From contig CP147778.1 in the NCBI GenBank assembly GCA_037305845.1, forward strand, positions 192,001-256,000: a stretch of 64,000 bases of DNA. The letters run 5' to 3'. Positions 38,407-49,154 of this stretch are shown here, piece after piece. How positions within the stretch are numbered: position 1 is the first letter of the stretch; each line of letters begins with the position of its first letter. Below the pieces are notes generated by a model. The model was not told the DNA's origin. It did not search any database and was given only the letters and a program-made list of their open reading frames with translations. Position numbers and translations under genes: made by a program. This DNA comes from Candidatus Freyarchaeum deiterrae (GTDB taxonomy: Archaea; Asgardarchaeota; Jordiarchaeia; Jordiarchaeales; Jordiarchaeaceae).

Positions 38407-41073
38407 TCACTCACTTTCCGTGTTTGCTTCACTCTCGGATCCGCCGGAAGACCTACTGAACGCCTTTCTCAGGCGTGCAAACCGTTCCCTAAGCATAATC
38501 AGCATTACCCCAGGAATCTGAACCAGCATCCGCCTATCTTGGTATCCTATGTAGATGCCTCTCGCTACTACGAAGATTGTGCCAATGGCCATTATGCCCA
38601 GTGCTACTAGTGCTAGTGGATTTACTATCAGTGACATGTGTGGGACTGGTATTCCGCTCAGGGATGCGCTGTTCATTTCGAGGATTGTTGATGATGAAAT
38701 TGATGGGGTGTTGCTTGTGTAGAGTGTGCCTGTGAGGATGACTCCGCCGTTGATTACTGCTGCGGCGGGTGATACAATCATGGAGCCCATGATGTTGGTG
38801 CCTCCGTTGATCATGGTCACACCGGACATTACGGTGTTTCCGGTGATGGTCATTACGCCGTTGATTGTTCCCAGGCCGCCCATGCTCATGATGCCGTCGG
38901 TCGCCATGATGCCGGTTATGCTCATGGGTATCGTTAACTTGAAGTTGCCGTTCATGGTCACTCGTCCAGCGTTTGTTACTGTTCCGGACACGTCGATCTG
39001 GTCGCTGGTGATGCTGGTGTTGCTGTGGATGGTGGTTCCGGTTGGGCTCATGTCTATTTCGCCGTCTACTGTTACCACTCCGTTGGTTAAGGTCATGGTG
39101 CCGATTGTTTGCATGTAGCCGTTGGATACCTTGATGGTTCCGGTTCCGCTCATTAAGCCGTTGTTAATGTTCAGGGTTGAGTTGGATATGGAAACCGGTC
39201 CGTAAATGGTGCTGCTTCCCATCTTGAAGGAGTCTCCCTGTATAGTGGTGTTGCCGTTGACCGTGGTTGTTCCCAGAGAGTTTATCTGGTCGCCGGTAAT
39301 GGAGATTGTGGTGCCTGTGATGAATGAGCCGGTGCTGTTCATAACCATAGTGCTTCCGCTGGGGACTTTTATCGCACCGTTGGTTATGGTCATGGAGCTA
39401 TCGCTTGAAGCAATCATTGTGCCGGCAATAGTTAGGATCATTGTGCCAGTAGTTTGGTCGTTTATGTTCAAGTTTCCGTTTACGGTTATGTTGCCCTGCA
39501 TGTTGCTGTTTCCTGAGATTCCTATGTTTCCTTGCAGGGATGGATTTCCAGTAATCTTCATTGTGCCGGTTGAGGTTATGTTGCCTCCGATTGTAGTGTT
39601 TGAAGCGCCGTACATGTATATTCCAGTGGAGTTCATGTTCATCGTTCCACTGGTGATGTTCATTCCGCCGTTAACTATGTTCATTGTGCCGTTTGTTTCC
39701 ATGCTTCCGCTCGGAAGATTAAGGGTCACTGCTCCAGACATCAGGCCGCTGTTCACGTTCATCTGTCCTGAGATTGTTACTGGGGCTTGCAGGTTGTTGT
39801 ATCCGGTGATGGTTACATTGCCTTGTATTGTTTGGTTTCCATTTACGAGCATGCTGCCCGTGTATGAGAAATTGCCGTTTGTTACCTGGTTTATGTTCTT
39901 AATGTCTGAGTAGCCGGATGTTGAGATGCCACCGTTCGTGATGTAAGTATTGCCAAGGCCAGTTATACTCTGATTCGTGGTTGAGATGTCCATTTCCGCC
40001 TTGGGATAATGGTCGCTATTTAGGAGGGTTATCGCTGGCCCCGAGTCGTTGTCCAAGAACCAGTAGCTTATGGGGGAACTTGAATTCATGTAGATGTAGG
40101 TGTCGATTAGAACCATTACACCACCTTCGGTTAGGCTGCTTCCTACGGCGAACCAGGGACCCCAAGAGTCAAAAATCGTTCCGGGCATAATTTCCATGTA
40201 TCTGGTGCGCGTTGTAGCTCCGATACCGAGGCTGAGGAGACCGAAATCTCCATTGCTGTTAATCTGGGTTACGTTGGCTATCCCGTTGTAGTTTGTACTT
40301 GAACCTTGGCCTCCCCACAGGTTAACTTGAGCAGATACGGGTAGTACATAGAGCCCTACTGCGGTGATGTTAAACCAGTCGTGGGTTATCCAGATGTCTA
40401 TACTGGAAATTAATGTATTGGGCCATTCGCTGTGTATGTAGAGTTCGCCAGTGTTGACTCTGATTGCGTCGCTGCTTAGAAGTGTGAGGGCATTTACACC
40501 GCTCACGGTGGTTCCTATGTAGCCGCCTTCTTTGCAATCGACGTACTGGTAGTAGTCTGTGATGTTAAAGTAGACCCGGCTCCCTGTGTTATAATTTCCC
40601 ACAGATAGGGATCCATTAGCGGAGTTCACCGCTGGCCAGGTGCTGTTTCCGCCTATGATTATGCTTCCTCCGGAATTTGTGGGTTCGCCTAACAGGATTG
40701 CATCTCCCGTTATGTTCATTGTTCCGTTGGCCATGAGGGGTGAGCCGAGAATCACTTGCTGAGCGTTCGATACAGCCAAGTTCCCGTTCAGGGTAGTGTT
40801 GCCGTTAACAGTCATGTTCCCAATAAAGGATAAACCGTCTGTACCGCTCTGTCCTTGTGGTGGGTTACTTTTGAGGGCTATGCCGCTGCTGGGGTTCGTA
40901 CTACTTGTCTGTGGTAAAGCGTAAGCTTGAATTTTACCCGATGCTAGGGGTATGACTAGAATACAGGTCAAAAATATGATTGCTGATAGTGCTAATAGAG
41001 TGTGTTTGGTTCTTCCTCCAAAGAGTCTAGTTTTTCGCGTGTGTGTTGTACTGTTTCTTTTGCTTCTTTCCAA
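38407..41073 (-). CDS. Large secreted, membrane-anchored beta-solenoid surface protein
   Basis: Signal peptide, G/T/N/I/M-rich ~6-residue periodicity, many sequons, C-terminal TM helix with basic tail. Confidence 0.8.
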   Translation of the reverse strand: MERSKRNSTTHTRKTRLFGGRTKHTLLALSAIIFLTCILVIPLASGKIQAYALPQTSSTNPSSGIALKSNPPQGQSGTDGLSFIGNMTVNGNTTLNGNLAVSNAQQVILGSPLMANGTMNITGDAILLGEPTNSGGSIIIGGNSTWPAVNSANGSLSVGNYNTGSRVYFNITDYYQYVDCKEGGYIGTTVSGVNALTLLSSDAIRVNTGELYIHSEWPNTLISSIDIWITHDWFNITAVGLYVLPVSAQVNLWGGQGSSTNYNGIANVTQINSNGDFGLLSLGIGATTRTRYMEIMPGTIFDSWGPWFAVGSSLTEGGVMVLIDTYIYMNSSSPISYWFLDNDSGPAITLLNSDHYPKAEMDISTTNQSITGLGNTYITNGGISTSGYSDIKNINQVTNGNFSYTGSMLVNGNQTIQGNVTITGYNNLQAPVTISGQMNVNSGLMSGAVTLNLPSGSMETNGTMNIVNGGMNITSGTMNMNSTGIYMYGASNTTIGGNITSTGTMKITGNPSLQGNIGISGNSNMQGNITVNGNLNINDQTTGTMILTIAGTMIASSDSSMTITNGAIKVPSGSTMVMNSTGSFITGTTISITGDQINSLGTTTVNGNTTIQGDSFKMGSSTIYGPVSISNSTLNINNGLMSGTGTIKVSNGYMQTIGTMTLTNGVVTVDGEIDMSPTGTTIHSNTSITSDQIDVSGTVTNAGRVTMNGNFKLTIPMSITGIMATDGIMSMGGLGTINGVMTITGNTVMSGVTMINGGTNIMGSMIVSPAAAVINGGVILTGTLYTSNTPSISSSTILEMNSASLSGIPVPHMSLIVNPLALVALGIMAIGTIFVVARGIYIGYQDRRMLVQIPGVMLIMLRERFARLRKAFSRSSGGSESEANTESE

Positions 41074-41540
41074 TTACTCTCTCCTCTTTTTTTTATTTTG
41101 TAGATTTGCTACAAAGTTTATTATTAGTAGGATTTCATTAGAGCCGATCTAAAAAATTGTAGAAACGCGCCTCTTCTACTCCTATCTGAAGACTTGGCGC
41201 CTTTTTTTATTTAAATGTTTTGTCAAATGCTGTATTTTTACGGCGTTTAACTATCTCAATATCAAGAGAATGCACATTTTCATGTATGCCTCTTTTATTG
41301 GAAGCGTTTGCAGTTTCTTTAGTCTTCCTTGACTATAATTTGGATCTTTTAGAAAATTTCCCATTCTAATCGATTCTGAAGAAAAAGAGGAAGAGGGGAA
41401 ACTTATTTTTTGAAGATAATATTCCTATCTACTTTCCCTTCTTTTTTTTCTTTACAACAAATTTGGCGATTTTGATGCTAAACCAAAAAAGGGGAGAAAG
41501 TCGAACTTATTTTACGATAGCTGCTTTTAGGGCTTATTCC

Positions 41541-42227
41541 TTAGGCTCTTCTTCCTTTAATTACCATTTCTGTTCCCAGAGGGTAAATCCAGATTACCAG
41601 TGTGAGTAGCATGAGCCATTCTGGAATAGCACCGTAGAGCACGGTGAGAACTCCGAGAGCCCAGCCCGCTGCCCACTCGAAGTATCCAATGTACTGTACC
41701 GCCTTTGAGAAGAATGAGGAGGAACGCATACCGAGACTCAGCACTCCCGCTACTAGGGCGACAGGCATCCAGAAGAGGACTGAGAACGTGTAATGGTAGA
41801 TCCCTGTGACCTCTGAAAAGAGTCCGATACCTATTAGGGATGCAACTGCAAAAATACCTATAAGTACCCCGATCTTCGCGGTTCTGGTGTACTCTAATGG
41901 TTTAAGCAGCGTTGGAAAGACTGGGAAAAATAGAACGCCGGTAATAATTAACCCTACATTAAACATGTAAGAGGTGGTGCCCACTCCTAGGTCACTGATG
42001 GCCTGATAATTCCAGTGATAACCCAAGTTAGGATAAGGAATCCATATCCTAAAATCGAAAAACCTGACGGCTAGGGGCATCGAAATAGAAGCACTAGAAT
42101 AAAGAAACACAGCACCCAAAATACAAGCAACGGCGATACTAATAGCTATAATCCCAACAATTCCACCAATCAGGGTATATCGTCTACTCTTAGGTGTAAC
42201 TGATTTCTTGCTCGTCACAAATATCAC
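41541..42227 (-). CDS. DUF998-like membrane protein
   Basis: QAISDLGVG..FN.GL, IGLFSE, conserved His, GAIPEW; multi-TM. Confidence 0.75.
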   Translation of the reverse strand: MIFVTSKKSVTPKSRRYTLIGGIVGIIAISIAVACILGAVFLYSSASISMPLAVRFFDFRIWIPYPNLGYHWNYQAISDLGVGTTSYMFNVGLIITGVLFFPVFPTLLKPLEYTRTAKIGVLIGIFAVASLIGIGLFSEVTGIYHYTFSVLFWMPVALVAGVLSLGMRSSSFFSKAVQYIGYFEWAAGWALGVLTVLYGAIPEWLMLLTLVIWIYPLGTEMVIKGRRA

Positions 42228-42433
42228 CGTGTTATAAAATGTATAATTTATACTCGTTCAAAAAGGCTATTATCCTTTTCTCTAAAGAAATTTCACTACA
42301 GCAGAACAAGCTAATCAAACATGAAATCATTTTAGAAACTCGACGGGAATGTTAACATCTCTAAAAAAAGGGCTCAGAAATAAAAAGGGATGGGGATAAT
42401 TGGAGTATGCTGTGGTCTCCGCTTCTTAGATTT

Positions 42434-43117
42434 TTAGGACGTTCTTCCCTTAATCAGCATCGTAATGCCCGCAGCGTAAACCCAGATTACCAGTATTAAG
42501 AGCATAATCCACTCTGGAACAGCGCCGTAGATTCCACTGAGAACCAAGGTGGTCAGACCGCCTACCAGTTCGAAGTAACCGATATACTGAGTAGCCCTCG
42601 GGAACAGTGAGGTTGAGCGCATGGCGAAACTTAGAACTCCAGCCGACACGGCGAAAAGTGACCAAAAGAGTACAGAGAAAAGCGGATGGTAGAACCCCGT
42701 AGTCTCCGGAAAGGCTCCTATACCAATCAAGGCTGCACCAGCAACAATTCCAATCACTACGCCAATCTTCGCTGACCTAGTATATCCTAGAGGTTTAAGC
42801 AGCGTGGGAAAGAATGGTAAACAGACAACACCGGCAATCATCAAACCCACGTTAAATATGAAAGCTGAAGGACCCACACCAAGATCACTTATCCACTGAG
42901 TAGTCCAGTTATACCCAAAATTAAACCAAGGATACCATATTGTACCCCCGAACAAATCGAGGGAGTAGAGCCTCAGAGGGGAACTTGTGTAAAGCAGCAC
43001 GGAACCCAAAATGCACGCTACTGCGAAGCTAATAAGCCCAACTGCAATAATTCCACCAATCAGAGTGGATGATACGCCACTGGACGAAGTAGACTTCGTT
43101 CTTGCCACATAAATCAC
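42434..43117 (-). CDS. DUF998-like membrane protein (tandem paralog)
   Basis: QWISDLGVG, IGAFPE, YHPLFS, GAVPEW; start moved from 43252 to the GTG that aligns with the paralog. Confidence 0.75.
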   Translation of the reverse strand: MIYVARTKSTSSSGVSSTLIGGIIAVGLISFAVACILGSVLLYTSSPLRLYSLDLFGGTIWYPWFNFGYNWTTQWISDLGVGPSAFIFNVGLMIAGVVCLPFFPTLLKPLGYTRSAKIGVVIGIVAGAALIGIGAFPETTGFYHPLFSVLFWSLFAVSAGVLSFAMRSTSLFPRATQYIGYFELVGGLTTLVLSGIYGAVPEWIMLLILVIWVYAAGITMLIKGRTS

Positions 43118-43364
43118 CACATTAACAAAATATATATGCTGAAATCCATTCAGAACCAAACTATTATTTTTTTCCCAAAAAAATCGACTCCAAAAACACT
43201 CGAAAAACTGACAGATAAAAAAAATAGAGAGAGATATGCCCAACTGGCGCAATCATCGCTTTTACGGGGTGTTGGTCTGAGCTGGTGTGGAAAAACTAGC
43301 CGAATAAAGTTTGGAAAAATTTAGATTATTTAAAAATGCTCGTGCTTAAGTGGTTCGTGAACAG

Positions 43365-43619
43365 TTATTCGTCCTCGGAATCCTCTCCTACTCCTTCTTC
43401 CTCTTCCTCTTCTTCTTCCTGTTTTTCCTCTTCCTGTTCCTGTTTTTCCTCTTCCTGTTCCCGTATTTCCTTTTCTTCTTCCTGTTTTTCCTCTTCCTCT
43501 ATTTCGTCTTTTTTTCCGAATTTTTCTTCATTTTGGATTACTTCTTCCTCTTCCTGTACGAGTTTCTTGTCTCTTTCTTTCTCTTTTTCGAAACCTTTCA
43601 CTTTAGCTTTTTTAGGCAT
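43365..43619 (-). CDS. Small highly acidic, low-complexity protein
   Basis: GGAGG RBS; basic N-terminus followed by EQEEEKQ repeats and a poly-Glu tail. Confidence 0.65.
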   Translation of the reverse strand: MPKKAKVKGFEKEKERDKKLVQEEEEVIQNEEKFGKKDEIEEEEKQEEEKEIREQEEEKQEQEEEKQEEEEEEEEGVGEDSEDE

Positions 43620-43742
43620 TCCGCGAACCTCCTTAAAGCGCTAATACCCAAAAAATAGGGATGCTTTTAATTTTTTCTCTTCATCAACTACGCTTTCATA
43701 GTAGTTGCTCTCACTATTTTTTTCTAACTATTTTCAGCTATT

Positions 43743-45158
43743 TTAAATCGGCGGCTTCTTATCCCGCCAGGGGAAGGCCTTCTCGAATGCTCTTGAAGCT
43801 TGAAGCACGCCTAGTTCGTTGAAACGGTCGCCCACAATCTGGAGACCCACGGGGAGCTTATCTTTGGTGAAGCCGCAGGGAACCGAAGCCGCTGGTACTC
43901 GGGTGAAGTTAAATGGAAGACTGAACGCTACCCAGCCTGTTGGCCCCACAGTTTTTCCATCGATCTCGTTGGGACCAATTCCTACGTCTATTTTGAATGG
44001 TGGGACTGCGTTTGTCGGAGTTAGGAGAAAATGGTAATTCTCAAAAACTCTTCTAAGCTGATTCCACAATTCTTTGCGCCGGTACTCGATCTTAACGTAG
44101 TCCGTGGCCTTGATATGATCCGCCAGCCAGAGAAAGTCTAGGTACGGCTTGTAAGCCACTTTCTTCCATTCTTCCATCCGATCTCCAACTGTTGCAACAA
44201 TATCCGCGACCTCCATGCTGACAAAATCCGCGCCCATGTCAAGTAGATTCAGCTTAACTTCTTCCACCACGCAGCCCATACTATGAAAGGAAAAAGCTGC
44301 ACGTCTCACGATCTCCGCAACCTCTGGGTCAACTGCTGCAAAACCCAGATCGGGACTGAAAGCAAACTTCTTTCCCTTTACGCCCTTCTCCAAGTTTTTA
44401 AGGTAACTCTCCTCCGAAGCTGGTAGTGAGAGATAATCCCTGCTGTCCGGTCCCGCCATAACGTCCATCATTGCGGCGGCGTCCGCAACTGTCCGGGTGA
44501 TGGGCCCTTCAACGGCTAATGTTTCAAAGCCTGGCAGCTGAGGCCAACGCGGAATACGCCCCAGATGTGTTTTCAGGCCGTAGACGCCACAGAAATTAGT
44601 GGGAGTCCTTAGGGAACCTCCCCAATCGTTACCGGTTGCTATGGGACACATGCCCGCAGCCACCGCAGCCGCGGAACCCCCACTTGAGCCTCCGGGGGTT
44701 CTAGTTGTGTCCCAGGGATTTCGGGTGACTCCGAAAACGGGATTGTCCGTGATGGCGACCAAGCCGAACTCCGGTGTATTAGTCTTGCCCAATATTATGG
44801 CACCGGCGTTCCGCAGCCGCTCTACAAGAACCGCATCCTCGTCGGCAATATAGTTCTCGTATAGCTTCGAGCCCCAGGTGGTTCTAACTTTTTTGACTAG
44901 AGTGTTATCCTTTATGACGACAGGTACACCGTGCAGAGGCTCCAACTTCTTGCGGTCCTTAACAGCTTTCTCGGCGGCAACAGCCTCTTTTTTGGCAGTC
45001 TTCTCGGTTAGTGTTACGATAGCGTTAAGTTTAGGATTCACTTTTTTAATTCTTTCAAGGAAAGCGTCGACAACCTCTACCGGCGATAATTTACCGTCTT
45101 TTATTGCTTTGGAAAGCTCTAGAGCACTCATCCAGAAAATTTCTTCTTCTTGAGCCAT
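43743..45158 (-). CDS. Amidase signature family protein (copy 1)
   Basis: GVPVVIKD, GKTNTPE, GGSSGGSAAAVA, GNDWGGSLR. Confidence 0.93.
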   Translation of the reverse strand: MAQEEEIFWMSALELSKAIKDGKLSPVEVVDAFLERIKKVNPKLNAIVTLTEKTAKKEAVAAEKAVKDRKKLEPLHGVPVVIKDNTLVKKVRTTWGSKLYENYIADEDAVLVERLRNAGAIILGKTNTPEFGLVAITDNPVFGVTRNPWDTTRTPGGSSGGSAAAVAAGMCPIATGNDWGGSLRTPTNFCGVYGLKTHLGRIPRWPQLPGFETLAVEGPITRTVADAAAMMDVMAGPDSRDYLSLPASEESYLKNLEKGVKGKKFAFSPDLGFAAVDPEVAEIVRRAAFSFHSMGCVVEEVKLNLLDMGADFVSMEVADIVATVGDRMEEWKKVAYKPYLDFLWLADHIKATDYVKIEYRRKELWNQLRRVFENYHFLLTPTNAVPPFKIDVGIGPNEIDGKTVGPTGWVAFSLPFNFTRVPAASVPCGFTKDKLPVGLQIVGDRFNELGVLQASRAFEKAFPWRDKKPPI

Positions 45159-45705
45159 GAAAAACCACCATTTTTAAAGGATATTTAGGGAAGTATAACT
45201 ATTATAAAATTTCCGTTCTCCGGTTATGTCCACTTATTATCGATAGCCGCCTTAAAAAATAAAACTTATCCAAATGAGTTGAGCGATTTAAGTTAATTAG
45301 TAATTTTTCGATAATGTCATGCTGCTATATTTTGCCATATTGTTTTAATTGTTCTATGCGTTCTTTGATCCTATTTTTCTCACCATTATTTTTATGTTCT
45401 TCTTCATTATATAGAATATTTCTCTTATAGAAGGTGCTATTCTCCTTGAATGCCCTCTTCAAAACTTTTCCGTCTACGTCTGATGGGATAGCTAAACTGG
45501 TAAAAATAGGGGTGAGTTGAGTTTTAATGGTTTTTATATAAAGAATTCCGATTATTTTGCAGCAAACTCAGCGTGTCAACTTCCTACTTCAATAGCTTTA
45601 CGTTGTTTTGCTTCTTTTGGCTTTTTAGATTTCTTAACCATTTTACCTTTTCCCATTTTTGATTTGCCTCCTTTAATGTTGAATATACGTAAATCATATC
45701 TATTC

Positions 45706-45795
45706 CAACTTCTACCGGCGATAATTTACTGTCTTTTATTGCTTTGGAAGGCTCTAGAGCGCTCATCCAGAAAATTTCTTCCTCTTGAGAGCCAT
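45706..45795 (-). pseudogene. 5' fragment of a third amidase gene
   Basis: About 28 codons nearly identical to the 5' end of 43743-45158, with a 2-bp insertion after the ATG; the upstream promoter region is also retained. Confidence 0.8.
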
Positions 45796-45931
45796 TAAAA
45801 TCCTCCATTAAAGCATATTTAGAGAAGAGTAAATGATATAAAACTTATCCCTCAAAAAATTGTTCCATAATCTTCTTGTTTCTTAAACGCTTTCCACATG
45901 TTTAGATTCCTTTTTCTGGGGATGTTTGAGA

Positions 45932-46369
45932 TTAAAGTATTTGTTCGATTATCTCGGCTGCATCTTTGACAAAATTTGGACATATGGTCCTAAACAGTTT
46001 TTTCTCCTTTGCCAACTTCATTCCCTCGGGGGTGCTTACATCGCAGCCGAGAAGCTCTCTGCAGACGATTGATCCATTCCGAGACTTGAATTTGTTGACA
46101 AATTCTTTAACCATGCGGTAAGCCTTCTCTTTTGACTCCACATCCTCAACTCTTGTCTGCCCATACTTGAGCCCGATGACCATAAACGCCCCAGTCACCG
46201 CTCCGCAAGTTTCTCCCATGCGGCTCATTCCGCTGCCAAAGGCTCCGGAAATCTTTAAGGCGATTTCACGATCCAGACCAAAAAATTGTGTGCCGTATGT
46301 TGAAAGTATTGCCTGAGAACAGCTGAAGCCTTCTTTGAAAACAGAGACCGCACGCTCAACATTATTCAA
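45932..46369 (-). CDS. C_GCAxxG_C_C family putative redox protein
   Basis: FSCSQA, ETCGAVTG, IVCRELLG, ICP. Confidence 0.88.
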   Translation of the reverse strand: MNNVERAVSVFKEGFSCSQAILSTYGTQFFGLDREIALKISGAFGSGMSRMGETCGAVTGAFMVIGLKYGQTRVEDVESKEKAYRMVKEFVNKFKSRNGSIVCRELLGCDVSTPEGMKLAKEKKLFRTICPNFVKDAAEIIEQIL

Positions 46370-46521
46370 TTTTTAATCCTCCAATTTTTAGGGGTAAGGA
46401 AAAATTTTTCTCTCCGCTTCCGCCACAAAAATGTATTTATGAACAACAGAGTTTCTTATATAGAAATAAATGTTATGACCCACTGATTAAGAAAAGTAGA
46501 AAGACATGAGGTAATCGTCAA

Positions 46522-47331
46522 ATGACCAGGAAAATAGATAGGATAAGGATTTATCAGGTAGATTCTTTTACAAACCGAGCCTATTCGGGAAATCCGGCAG
46601 CAGTCTGTATATTATCCGAATTGAAGGATGAAAGTTGGTTGCAGGTTGTTGCAAGAGAATTGAATCCATTGTCAGAAACGGCTTTTCTCCATAAGAAAAA
46701 GGATGGGTATGATCTGCGCTGGTTTACTCCGAAAGAAGAAGTTGACCTATGTGGCCACGCAACACTCGCCAGTGCTCACATTTTGTGGGAGACTAATCAA
46801 CTAAGGGAAGATGAGGAAGCACGCTTTCATACACTAAGCGGACTCCTAACAGCTAAAAAACAAGACGAATGGATAGAGCTTAATTTTCCAGCAGAAGTTG
46901 AAAAAGAAGCAGACCCACCGAAAGAACTACTTGAATCACTGGGCATAGAAGCGAAATACGTTGGAAAAAATAGATTCGATTACTTAATAGAGGTTGAATC
47001 AGAGGAAACCGTAAGAAACATTACACCCAACTTCGAACTGTTAAAAAAAGTAAACACAAGAGGAGTAATGGTTACAAGCACCTCTGCCTCAAAAGAGTAT
47101 GATTTTGTCTCCAGATTTTTCGCTCCAAGAATAGGAATAAACGAAGACCCGGTCACAGGCTCCGCGCACTGTTGCCTAGGACCCTACTGGAAAAAGAAAT
47201 TAAAAAGAGACGAATTTTTAGCTTACCAAGCCTCGGAACGCGGCGGAATCATAAAAGTCAGAGTAGGAAAAGAACGCGTTTACCTAGGAGGCCAAGCGGT
47301 AACAGTACTAATCGGAGAACTAGTAGCATAG
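46522..47331 (+). CDS. PhzF-family isomerase
   Basis: GNPAAV, LSETAF, VDLCGHATLA, EDPVTGSAH. Confidence 0.92.
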   Translation: MTRKIDRIRIYQVDSFTNRAYSGNPAAVCILSELKDESWLQVVARELNPLSETAFLHKKKDGYDLRWFTPKEEVDLCGHATLASAHILWETNQLREDEEARFHTLSGLLTAKKQDEWIELNFPAEVEKEADPPKELLESLGIEAKYVGKNRFDYLIEVESEETVRNITPNFELLKKVNTRGVMVTSTSASKEYDFVSRFFAPRIGINEDPVTGSAHCCLGPYWKKKLKRDEFLAYQASERGGIIKVRVGKERVYLGGQAVTVLIGELVA

Positions 47332-47400
47332 AAAAAAATGCTTAAAGGTCGTCCTACATACTTCGCCTTTTTTTAGCTTCAACTGCATCATCAAGGAGGT

Positions 47401-48810
47401 TCAAATCGGCGGCTTGTTATCTCGCCAGGGGAAGGCCTTCTCGAATGCTCTGGAAGCTTGAAGCACGCCCAGTTCATTGAAACGGTCGCCCACAATCTGG
47501 AGACCTACGGGGAGCTTATCTTTGGTGAAGCCGCAGGGAACCGCTGCTGCTGGTTGATGAGTGAAGTTAAAAGGAGCAGTGAGCGTCCAGCCCTTATCGC
47601 CTAGGGGCTGCCCATCAATCTCCGAAGGACCCAAACCCAAACTTGAATCGAATGCTGGAATCCCCGTTATTGGAGTTATTAGAAAATCATACTTCTCAAA
47701 CACTTGCCTAACCTGTTCCCACAACCCTTTACGGTGATACTGAATTTTAACATAGTCCGTAGCTTTAAGGTTGTCCGCCACCGACAGAAAGTCCAAGTAA
47801 TTTGGAAAAGCTACCTTTTTCCACTCCTCTATACGGTTCCCGAAAGCTGCAACTGTTTCGGAAGCCAACTGGGCAACAAAATCGGGTGCCATGTTTATGA
47901 GGTCAAGCTTCACCTCTTTCACATCACAACCCAGATCCTCAAAAGAGAAAGCAGCCTTTTCAATAATATTGCCGACCTCCTTCTCAATCACCGCGTATCC
48001 CAAATCTGGGCTGAAAGCGAATTTCTTCTTTTTGAAATCGTCCAAGTTTTTGAGATAGCTTACCCCTGACGCAGGCAGACTGAGGTAATCTCTATGGGAC
48101 GGGCCGGATATCACGTCCATCACTAGAGCTGTGTCCGCGACCGTTCTTGTAATGGGTCCCTCAACTAGCATGGATTCCCAGCCAGGCAGAGTCGGGTAAA
48201 TGGGAACGCGTCCCAAATGCGGTTTCAAGCCGAAAACGCCGCAAAAATTGCAGGGAATCCTGATAGAACCCGCACCATCGCTACCTATAGCAATGGGGGA
48301 CATGCCTGCAGCCACTGCCACCGCGGAGCCTCCGCTGGAACCTCCGGGGGTCTTACGCGTATCCCAGGGATTCCTAGTCGGTCCGAAGAGAGGATTATCC
48401 GTAATAGCAACCAGACCGAACTCCGGCATATTGGTCTTGCCCAAAATAATTGCACCCGCCTTCACCAGCCGTTCAACGACAACCGAGTCCACATTAGAAA
48501 CATTGTACTGGTACAGTTTGGAACCATAGGTTGTACGGGAACCATTGACTGGTATGTTATCCTTAATAGCGACTGGAACACCGTGAAGCGGTCCCAGTTT
48601 CTTATGGCTCTTCACCGCCTTCTCTGCAAACTCAGCCTCCTTCTTAGCCCTCTCCTCTGTCAATGTTATAAAGGCGTTAAGTTCAAGATTCACCCTATGG
48701 ATCCTATTTAAAAAAGCCTGCACAACATCGACCGGAGATAGCTTGCCCTCTTTTATAGCCTTGGCAAGCTCCACTGCACCCATCCAGATAATATCCTGAG
48801 TCTGAGCCAT
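47401..48810 (-). CDS. Amidase signature family protein (copy 2)
   Basis: GGSSGGSAVAVA, GSDGAGSIRIP; paralog of 43743-45158. Confidence 0.93.
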   Translation of the reverse strand: MAQTQDIIWMGAVELAKAIKEGKLSPVDVVQAFLNRIHRVNLELNAFITLTEERAKKEAEFAEKAVKSHKKLGPLHGVPVAIKDNIPVNGSRTTYGSKLYQYNVSNVDSVVVERLVKAGAIILGKTNMPEFGLVAITDNPLFGPTRNPWDTRKTPGGSSGGSAVAVAAGMSPIAIGSDGAGSIRIPCNFCGVFGLKPHLGRVPIYPTLPGWESMLVEGPITRTVADTALVMDVISGPSHRDYLSLPASGVSYLKNLDDFKKKKFAFSPDLGYAVIEKEVGNIIEKAAFSFEDLGCDVKEVKLDLINMAPDFVAQLASETVAAFGNRIEEWKKVAFPNYLDFLSVADNLKATDYVKIQYHRKGLWEQVRQVFEKYDFLITPITGIPAFDSSLGLGPSEIDGQPLGDKGWTLTAPFNFTHQPAAAVPCGFTKDKLPVGLQIVGDRFNELGVLQASRAFEKAFPWRDNKPPI

Positions 48811-49154
48811 TAAAATCCACCATCATTTAAGCCTACTAAGAGAAGCGCAAATAATATAAAACTTATTCTATGTTCCTCCACTGGTCTCAAAAATGTGATA
48901 CTTCTTAAGCAATTATAAGAAAATTATTGAGAGACTGAATAAGAGCAGATTCCCACATTAGGAAGTTGAGTTATCGCATAATAATACTTAAGGGAGACCG
49001 GCGTAGGCTACTTCGGTAGTGTATCTTTTCCCCCAATCTGGGTAAATCAGCCACCACTTAGAAGAAGCCTCTCCACCCACAAAAAATGTATGACAGACTT
49101 TATATTTGTCAACTACTTTAAATATAACTGCCTCTCACATGAGAACAATCTTTT

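Noticed and set aside
38726-39913. Long + strand ORFs (130 and 235 aa)
   Set aside because: Antisense shadows caused by the repetitive codon use of the surface-protein gene.
43336-43658. Ser-rich and Phe-rich + strand ORFs
   Set aside because: Antisense of the Glu-rich gene, which has the RBS.
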